Shown piece after piece: positions 27,005 through 36,500 of a DNA stretch of 50,389 nt. The position numbers and the translations under genes were made by a program. Position 1 is the first letter of the stretch. Every line of letters begins with the position of its first letter. Origin of the DNA: an uncultured Clostridium sp. (GTDB lineage: Bacteria; Bacillota; Clostridia; TANB77; CAG-508); NCBI GenBank assembly GCA_964634355.1, contig CAZWIF010000001.1, positions 1 to 50,389 on the forward strand, read 5' to 3'. Under the pieces are notes generated by a model that saw only the letters and a program-made list of their open reading frames with translations, was not told where the DNA came from and did not search any database.

Positions 27005-27026
27005 TATTCCACGCCCTCTTTTTTTT
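26987..27026 (+). terminator. Two-tier hairpin plus T8
   Basis: GAGGG (26987-26991) / CCCTC (27014-27018), with an inner GGAA/TTCC pairing, followed by TTTTTTTT. Confidence 0.45.
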
Positions 27027-27058
27027 AGGAAATAACAAAATTGAAAGGGGATGGCTTT

Positions 27059-27589
27059 ATGGCTAAAACTTTTACAACTGAAAATGAATTGAAACAGTAT
27101 CTATATAAAATAGAATCTAAAGCTATAGATGCCGTTTCTAAGAAATTATTAGAAGATTTTCAGGAACATTTGGATGAAACTATTTATAACCCAAAACATC
27201 AAGGGATTTATCACAGATACAGAGAAAAGCAGGGTTTTTACTCTGGTTGGGAAATAGTAGCTGGAGCAAAATCTGCAATGAATGATTATGTAAAAACATT
27301 AGTGTTTAATAGCAATAATTTATTACTTCCTCAAGATGATTTCATAAATGAAAATAAAGCTCACGGAGGTAGTAATAGAAGCGATATTAGAGCTATGATG
27401 GCTAAAGTTTTAAATGATTATGGAATGAATAAAACGTACTCTGAGGTGAGTGGTGCCCACTATCTTGATAATGCAGATTGTGCACCAGGGAGGATAGGTT
27501 ATTGGGATTCTTATCTTCAAAATTTAGATGCCAAAATATTAAAATGGTTTGATGATGAACTAGGAAGCTATGGAATAAAAAGGGGGTGA
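27059..27589 (+). CDS. Hypothetical tail-associated protein (176 aa)
   Basis: The ATG at 27059 follows AAAGGGGA. Lies immediately upstream of the tape-measure gene. Confidence 0.45.
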   Translation: MAKTFTTENELKQYLYKIESKAIDAVSKKLLEDFQEHLDETIYNPKHQGIYHRYREKQGFYSGWEIVAGAKSAMNDYVKTLVFNSNNLLLPQDDFINENKAHGGSNRSDIRAMMAKVLNDYGMNKTYSEVSGAHYLDNADCAPGRIGYWDSYLQNLDAKILKWFDDELGSYGIKRG

Positions 27590-27598
27590 CATTAAAAT

Positions 27599-30500
27599 AT
27601 GGATTATAACATAAAATTAGGGATTCAATTAGATGAAAGTTCCATCACTAAAATAAAAACTGATTTAGATACTAAATTAAAAGATGAAAATTTTGAAGTT
27701 AGTTTTAGTTCAACAGGATTAGACGATGTTTCCAAAAAGCTAGATGAAATTAGCACTAAATTAGGAAATGTTTCTAAAGAAGACAGTTTTAATAAAACCT
27801 CTTCCGGTGCAAAAACAGCCTCTAAAGCAGTTGATACTTTAAATAGCAAATTAGAAAAGACTACCAAGCACATTAAGAATCAATCTTTTGCGACAGATAA
27901 TTGGACTTATAACTGGTCTAAAGCAATGCAATCATTCTTGACTTATAATACAGTAACTCAATTCTTTAATACAATAAGCAATGGTATTCAAGATATGATT
28001 ATGGAAGTTAAAGACCTCGATGATTCTTTAACTGAATTAAAGAAAGTAACTGACCTAGAAGGAGAATCCTTAGAAAATTTTGTTAGTGAGGCATACTCGG
28101 CGGGGCAAAATGTAGCTAAAACCGGAAAAGAAATGGTTGATTCGGCTACCTCATTTGCTAAAGCTGGATATGACGATAGTGAAATTTTAAAACTAGGTGA
28201 AGTTGCGGCTATGTATACAAACATCGCCGATGAAGAAATATCAACTGCTGATGCAGCTGATTTTATTATAGCTCAATTAAAAGCATTTAACTTAGAGGCT
28301 AGTGATACCAATGAAACATTAGAAAATTCATATCATATTATAGATGCTGTTAATGAGGTTTCAAATAACTTTGCTGTCAGTTCTTCTGATATAGCAACAA
28401 ATATGGGTAAGGCATCATCGGTAATGGCAAATGCAGGAAACTCAATGGAGCAAATGATTGGCTTAAATAATAGGTCAAGTAAAATAACCTTAATTGACGG
28501 GGAGTTCCTTAGAGATATTATAAACCAACCTATAACAGTAATGTATATAGGGGCTCTGACGTAATGGTCGAGGTATGGTAAAATATATAATATATTGGAT
28601 GACCCGCAGCTAAGCATCCTAAGAGTAAGGATGAAAGTTCAACGATTAGTAAGTCCATATAATTATGGCATAGGCTCAAATGAGCTGAAATGGGTTACAT
28701 TTATGAAACGAATCATAAATGAAGATATAATCTAATCTTATATGAAAATGTAAGGAGTTGTTTTATAATGTATAAAAATCAAAAAAAAACAAAAGAATTT
28801 ATTGAAAATTTTTTTAAAAATAGAGGATATTGTGTAGAGGAAGAATATATTAATTCATCTACTCCTATAAAAATAAAAGATAAAAATGGCTATATTTCCA
28901 AAATAACTTATAGTAATTTAAGAATGGGGGAAAAACCAACTTTTTTTGGAATTAATAATGAATTTTTAGAGGATAATGTCAAAACTCTTATAAAAAAAAC
29001 AAACAAAAATATTGTTTTTGAAAAATATGAAATTATTACTAAAAGTAAAAAAAAAAGAGTTTTAGTTTATATGCAGTGTGAATGTGGCAATCATTTTAAA
29101 AGAGTATTGGATGATATAAATAGAAAAGATAGAGGGTTATATTGTAATGAATGTGCCAAGAGAAAAAGAGGATTAAATCATAGAAAAGACAAAAACGAAA
29201 TGTTTAATAAAATAGAGTCCCTTGGATATAAGATATTAGATAAAAGTAAGCACTATTTGAGAAATGAATACATTGAAGTAATAAATCAAAGAGGATATAG
29301 AGGTTTTGTTAAATATAATTATTTGATGTCAGGGAAACATATGACTATATTTAATGAACATATTAATTTATCTAATTTTGTTTATAATGCTAATATATAT
29401 GCAAAAGAGAATAATATAAATTGTGAAGTATTAGAATTAAGTAAATTAAAAAAATGGAATAGACAGGGATTAAAAATAAAATGTGAATGTGGGAAATTAT
29501 TTGAAACATCTGTTGCTTCTTTTCAAAATGGAAAAATAAGATGTGACAAATGTTCAAACTCTATGTCAAAATTTGAATTTGCAGTCAAATCGTATTTAGA
29601 AGAGAGTAATATTAAATATATTAAAGAATTTTACTTTAATGACTGTAGAGATGTATTACCTTTACCTTTTGATTTTTATTTAGTAGACTTTGATAAAATT
29701 ATTGAGGTTGATGGACAAGGACATTATTATCCTGTTTCTTTTGGGGGAGATAAAGAACAAAATTTCATTATAACTAAAACCCATGATAAAATAAAAAATG
29801 ATTATTGTAGGGAAAAAAATATTCCATTACTTAGATTATCTTATAAAGATATTGAAAATGGAGAGTATATAAAAATTATAAAACAATTCATTGAAGATTA
29901 ATGACCTTCAATTAATATTATGTATTAACTGCTGGTACAGAAATTACAAGAAATGCAAGCAAGGTGGCAAATGGGCTTAAAACAATCACACTTCGCCTCC
30001 AAGAGAATTTTATAAACCCTTGGAATGTACAGAAATGTGCATTAAGAACAAGTTTAATTGCAGGTAATGCGTAAAGCTTCACACCGAAACAAAAAGATGA
30101 AATATGCTTAAGTGGAATGGTACGAAAGTAGAAAAAACGTGAAGATGATATATGGATGAAAATCCTAAGTATTGTAAACAATCGCTGTTCTTGCAGCCAA
30201 GTCTCGAATAGAGAAAGGCTCAACGACTATCCTTTAGACAGGCGAAAAATAAATATGTCAATAGGAGTAGGGCTCAAATCGTAAATGGAGTGGGTGAAAA
30301 TCCCTTAAATCGAAAAGGCTTGCCCTTAACAGGTAATGCTGAAGGTGATGAAATAGTCTGGACTTATGTGAAAGCATAAGAATATATAAAGTTATTAGGA
30401 AATAAGGGGAGAAAAAATGATTAGTCAAATAAAAAGAAATAATTAATAACTTTATATATTAGTGAATGTTGCGTATTCACTATAACAAAATCGGTATGAA

Positions 30501-33500
30501 TGACGAAGGAGAAGAAGACCTTGAGTTACAAGCCCAAATGGAAGAATTATTTAATAAATTAGGAGTATCTGTATATAATGCCAATGGAGAATTAAAAAAT
30601 ACTTATGATATATTAGATACTTTGGCACCTGTTTATGAAAATTTAACAGCTGCCGAGAAAAGTTATGTAACAGAAACAATTGCAGGTTGACTTATACTAG
30701 CCTGACCTTATGGAAACATAAGGGTTAAGAACGAATTTAACTGCTGGGAACTCGTGAAGATAAGTAAGCTACAACATAATTGGAAACGATAAGTGTGAAT
30801 GCGAAAAAATTACTTATTATATGATAATCAGCAACCAAGCTCCGTTATAGGAGAAGGCTCAACGACTATCCCAAATGGGAGTACACTCAAGTGAGTGGAA
30901 AAGGTTCGCATCTATAGATAGATGAAAATATAGTCTAGGCTTATGTGAAAATATAAGAAAGGATATTTAAGATGAAATTAAAATTAATAGAAGAAAAAGA
31001 TATAAATGGGGTAAAACAAAAAGCAAAATATATTGACGAAGAAGGATACTTATATAATTTAGATAATTTAAATAAATCAAAAGGAAGATTTTCAAGATTC
31101 AATCCTTATACTATAGAGAACATACATAATTATATAAAAATTAATAATATTTCTACAAAATTAATAAGCGATACTTTTAATTATGCGGCGAAAAATTGTC
31201 ATTTAACTTTTCAATGTGGTATGTGTCATAAAAATTTTGAGAGAACATGGAATAATTTTTATAAAGGCAAATATAAATATTGTCAAGATTGTATAATTAA
31301 AATACAAGCTAAAGAAAAATATTTTACAATAGACGAAGTAAAGGAAAAATGTTTAAAAAAAGGCTTTAAAGTTATACAAGAGGAATATTATGGAAATCGA
31401 GAGCCATTAGATGTTGAAGATAAAGATGGATATAGAGGAAGAACAACTTGGAATGAAATAAAAAATGGGAAACATTTTATTAAATTTAGGATTCAAAACC
31501 CTTATTTTTATTATAATGTAAGAAATTATTTCAAAATTAATAATTATAATTGTGATATAGTAGAAAATAGTGGAGAAGAACGAAAAAGCAAGTTTAAATT
31601 TATATGTGAGTGTGGAAAAGAGTATATTTCAACATTAGATGAAGTTCTCAATAATACCAAGCCTAGAATTAGATGTAAAGCCTGTTCAAATTCTATTTCT
31701 AATGGTGAAAAGGCTATTATGGATTGGCTTGATAAGAATAAAATAGAATATATATATCAATATAAATTTAATGATTGTAGAAATATAAAACCTTTGCCAT
31801 TCGACTTTTTTTTGCCTAAATTTAATATATGTATAGAATTTGACGGACAGTATCATTTTGAGAGGCAGGCTCATACAACTGAAAAGCAATTTGAATATCA
31901 AAAAATGAGAGACAATATTAAAACTGAATATTGCAAAAATAATGAAATAAAATTAATTAGAATTCCTTATTGGAATTTATATAATAAAAAATATAAGAAT
32001 ATATTGAAACAAAATATCCTTATGTAAAATTAACGACTTTACATTTACTTTACGAAATACCAAGCCCAGAACGCTGCTGCCATACTTTCCAATTGGTCAA
32101 CAGCTGTTGAAGCAACAACAACTGCACTAAACAGTAATGGCAGTGCTGCAGAAGAAAATGCCAAAGTTATGGATTCTGTTCAAGGTCATTTGCAGAAATT
32201 GCAAAGTTCCTGGTCTGAATTTGCAAATAGTATATTTAATTCAGGTATTTTAAAATTATTTATTGATATAGGAAACGCAATGTTAAGTTTTGCTAATATC
32301 AAATTGCCAGGATTAGATACATCTATTGCTAAAATTACAATTCTAGCCGGAGCGATAAAATTATTAACGCCAGCATTAATTGAACTTAAAAATAAAATTA
32401 TGGCTACTACAGATAGCTTAAGTAAAAATTCTATTCAAATGTTAATGAATACGGAAGCTATTGAAGCTTGTGATAAAGCTACTAAGAAACAAATATTAAG
32501 TTTGTTAAGTGCTAAAGGTGCTTACAATAAAAACAACGATTCTTTAAGTAAAAACACAAAAGCTGCTATAAAGAATACTTTAATAAAATCCGGTATGTCT
32601 AAAGCGGATGCTAAAGTTGCTGTTGCGACAATTGCTGAGACTAGTGCCACCAAAGGATTAACCGCTGCTACTTGGGGACAAGTTGCCGCACAGAAAGCTT
32701 TACAAGCTGCAAAATCAATGAGTTTATCTTTATTGGCATCTGCAGCGATTGAAGGGGCAATTAAACTTGTTTCTAAATTAATAGAGGTCTATAAAGAAGG
32801 TCATAAGACTGCCGAGGAAGTATATAATGATGCAAAAGAAGAGTATGATGAAATTCAAACCGAATTAGACGATATAAATAGTCAATTAGAAGAAACAGCT
32901 AATAGAATAGATGAGTTGAATAGTGAAGATAGCTTGTCTTTTATAGAGAAAAGTGAACTTGATAAGCTAAAGGATACAACTAAAGAGCTGATTAAACAAC
33001 AAAAACTTCTTAAAGAGAAAGAGGAAAAAGCACAAAAAGAGAAAGAAAAAGCAGCAGATGCGGCAGCTGAATCTGATTTAAATAGCAACGTCAAATATAA
33101 AACTACAAAAAAATATGTTAAAGATACTTCCTTCTTAACTAATTTTAATAAAAATAATTTGATACCATCCAGTGATAATACATTAAATTTTAATTATCAA
33201 ACAAAAGAATTAGAAACTTATCTTAGTGCATTAGAGGAATTAAAAAATAAGTATAAGGATAATAAAGATTTAGTAAGTCAAATAGATGCTGAAATTAATA
33301 GGGTAAAAACCGATTCAAATGCTACAAACGATGTAGAGGTAAATGTATCAACATCTTTAAAAAAAGCTGCTGAAACTAATGTTAAATCTTATCAAGACTA
33401 TACAAAACAGATAGAAGAAAATAAAAATAAAATAAAAGAATATCAAAAACAAGTTGAAGAGTATGAAGAAAAAAATCCTCTCGTTAAGCAATCAGAAACA

Positions 33501-36500
33501 TTGGGTATGACGCCTCAATTTGAGGTTGGTAGCCAAGAGTCGCAAGACTATTTTGGTTATAAAGCGGCACAAGAACAAATAAAAAAACTACAAGAGGAAC
33601 AAGATAATTTAAATAAAAAAAGAACAACTGCAAAAGATAATTTAAAAGATGAACAAACAGCTTATGAAAATATTTTAACTAATGAAGAATATCGAAATGA
33701 TTTGTCTGATGAAGAATTACAGAAATTATATGAACAATATGAATTGATTTTAAAAATATCCGACCCAAATAAATATAAAGATATGAAATTTACAGATTTT
33801 ATGAGTGACGATGACAATAAAGATGCTGCAAATCAGTTATTAAGTTTAAAAGATGCCGGAAAAGTTACTGCTAAACAAATTAAGGAATTAGCTAAAGAAT
33901 TTCCTGAATTTAATAATTATTTAACCAATACAGATACATCGGCACAGGAGGCGGCTGACCAATTAAATAGTATGACTGGTGAAACTGAGGCATTATTAAA
34001 AGCTCAAATAGAGTCTGTTGATTCTTGGTCTGATACTATGTCAAATCTCCAATCGCAATATGACACTTTAACATCGGCTGTAGATGAATATAATAATAGT
34101 GGTTATATTAGTGGCTCAACGATGAAAAGTCTGGTAGATAGTGGTGTATTACAATATTTAGAATGGGAAAATGGACAATTAGTCGCCAACACAGGTGCTC
34201 TTTATGATAATGCAGATGCTGCAAAAATACTTGCATTAACTGAATTACAAACTGCGTATGCTAAAGATGTTCTTGCTATTACAACCGGTGATTTAACAGA
34301 CGCATCAGAAACAGCAAAAAACATTATTAAAGGCGAGAAGGATGAAATGGATGGCTTAGGAGATATTGCCAAGGCACAAGCTAAAGGATTATTCACTCTT
34401 GCGACAGCCGAAGCTGCTGCTGGTGACCCTGAGGCTGTTGCAGCTAAAGCCGAACAAATTAATAAATTAAATGATGCTTATAATAATATGGCTAAAACCA
34501 TGACCGAATTTGATTATAGCAGTGCAAGAGTAACTAGATATTCAGGTTCTAGTGACTCATCTGGTTCCAGCTCATCATCATCATCTTCAAAAGAATGGTG
34601 GGAAGAAGAACTAGACAACCTCAAAGACCAATTTGATTATAGTGAAATAACTATAAATGAATATATAAATGGACTTCAAGCTTTATTAAATAAGACTGAA
34701 GAGGGTTCAGAAGCTTGGAAGAAAATCAATAAAGAGCTTCAAAAGCAACGTCTCGATAAAGTTAAAGATGACTATGATGCCGGAAGAATCTCATTGACAC
34801 AATATATTAACGAACTTAAAAATTTACAAAAGGCATATAAAGCAGGAACAGACGCTTGGAATGATTTAGCAGATGCAATAAAAGATGCACAGCTGGATTT
34901 ATTAAAAGAACAACAATCTGATTTAGAGGCAGCATTATCTGCTGTTAACAATTTATTAGATGACCAAATAGATAAATATGAGGAAGCTAAAGATGCTGCT
35001 GATGAAAAATATGATGACGAAATAGAAAAACTTGAGGATTTACAAGAAGAGCTTGAAGAACAAGATGACAATTATCAAAGAGCACAACAGGCTGTTCTTG
35101 ATTATTTAAATGAACAACTAGACGCATTAAATGAACAAAAAGATTCAGTAGAAGAATATTATGATACTGTTATAGATGCTATAGAGAAGATGAATGAAGA
35201 ACAGTCTGAATCTATAGAATTAGCAGAGGCTTATGAATCATTGATGAACGCAATGACACAAAAGTCGAAGAAGGTAAAATATATGCTTTCTATAAAGATA
35301 GCTCAAAACGGGGAAACTCCTGAGAAGGACAATCCCGTGGGTAAGATTTATTTTAAATATATTATAATGAAAGGAGTAGAATTATGGCTAGTGGTAAAAG
35401 ATACACTATCGAAGAATTTAAAAATAAATTATTTAAAATAAAATCCCGTAACGACCACAGAGATATAGGTAACTATACTCGTATGCTATCCTTTCACTAA
35501 ATGTGATTGAAGGTATGGTCTGAACTGCAAATATAATCTAAAAAATGAAATTGCAGAGTTAGGTTTAACGACCTAACCGCCACATTGTGTGGTCAGTAAT
35601 CTATAAGATGAAAGTAACAGAGTTTGATATAAAGAAGGACTCGGTAAAAAGTTAGCCGAGTATAAAGATAACTATATCGGTCAAATGCTAGAAGTAGTAC
35701 AGACCGAGGTAAGATTGAATTTAAGGAGGTGCGTTTATGGGTAAAACAAAAAAAAAGACGCATCAAGAATTTTTAAAAGAAATGAAAATAAAACATCCAA
35801 ATTTAGAAATTACAGGTATTTACTATAATTCGTCAAGTAGAATTTCTTATATTTGTAAAAAATGTGGTTTGCATTGGAGTGCTAAAGCTGCAAAATTAAG
35901 CTTAGGCAGAGGATGTCCCAAGTGTGCAGGAAATAAGAGAAAAACTACCGAAGAATTTATTAAAGAAGTAAATAAGATAAATCCCAATATTAAAGTTTTA
36001 AGTGAATATAAAAGCACTTCTAATAAAGTGCTTTTTAAATGCAAGAAATGTGGGTATGAGTGGGAAACTTTTCCTGGTGGTGTATTAAGGGGAAAAGGAT
36101 GTATGATTTGCGGAAAAAAAAGTATGGGAGATAAATTAAGAAAATCTCATAAAGATTTTGCGAATGAAATTTCCTTAATTAATAATAATATAGAATTGAC
36201 AAGTGAATATCGAGGACAGAAAGAAAAAATATGGTGTCAATGCAAGAAATGTCGATATGAGTGGGAAACTTTTCCTACTACATTGTTAGCAGGACATGGA
36301 TGTCCTAACTGTTCCTTATCTAAAGGAGAAGAACAAATTTCAATAATTCTAAATAAATATAATTTACTATATGAAACTCAAAAAAAATTCTCAGGTTTAA
36401 TTGGAGTTGGAGGAAATCAATTATCTTATGATTTTTATATTCCAGAATTAAATCTTTTAATTGAATATCAAGGGAAACAACATAAAAGACCTATAGAATA

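Noticed and set aside
28464-28564. C-terminal tails of track ORFs that run past the exon ends: 28464-28564, 12725-12787, 35276-35441, and the N-terminal parts 13018-13077, 30466-30492 and 36812-36825.
   Set aside because: These are read-through into or out of intron sequence. The residues there (for example NNRSSKITLIDGEF and KYMLSIKIAQNG) break the tape-measure and TerL motifs, which resume at the next exon.
29918-30223. 101-aa - strand ORF, and the 12882-13085 - strand ORF.
   Set aside because: They lie antisense within tape-measure exon 2/intron 2 and within the terL intron. They have no RBS and overlap the conserved ribozyme elements.
35567-35590. Second R-like motif TTAACGACCTAA in introns 4a and 4b (also at 36763-36786), which at first suggested extra nested introns.
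   Set aside because: It forms the loop and stem of a local hairpin (TTAGG/CCTAA) downstream of the S element, so it is a P9-type peripheral helix. The true P7 pairs are GACC/GGTC and GACT/AGTC further upstream.
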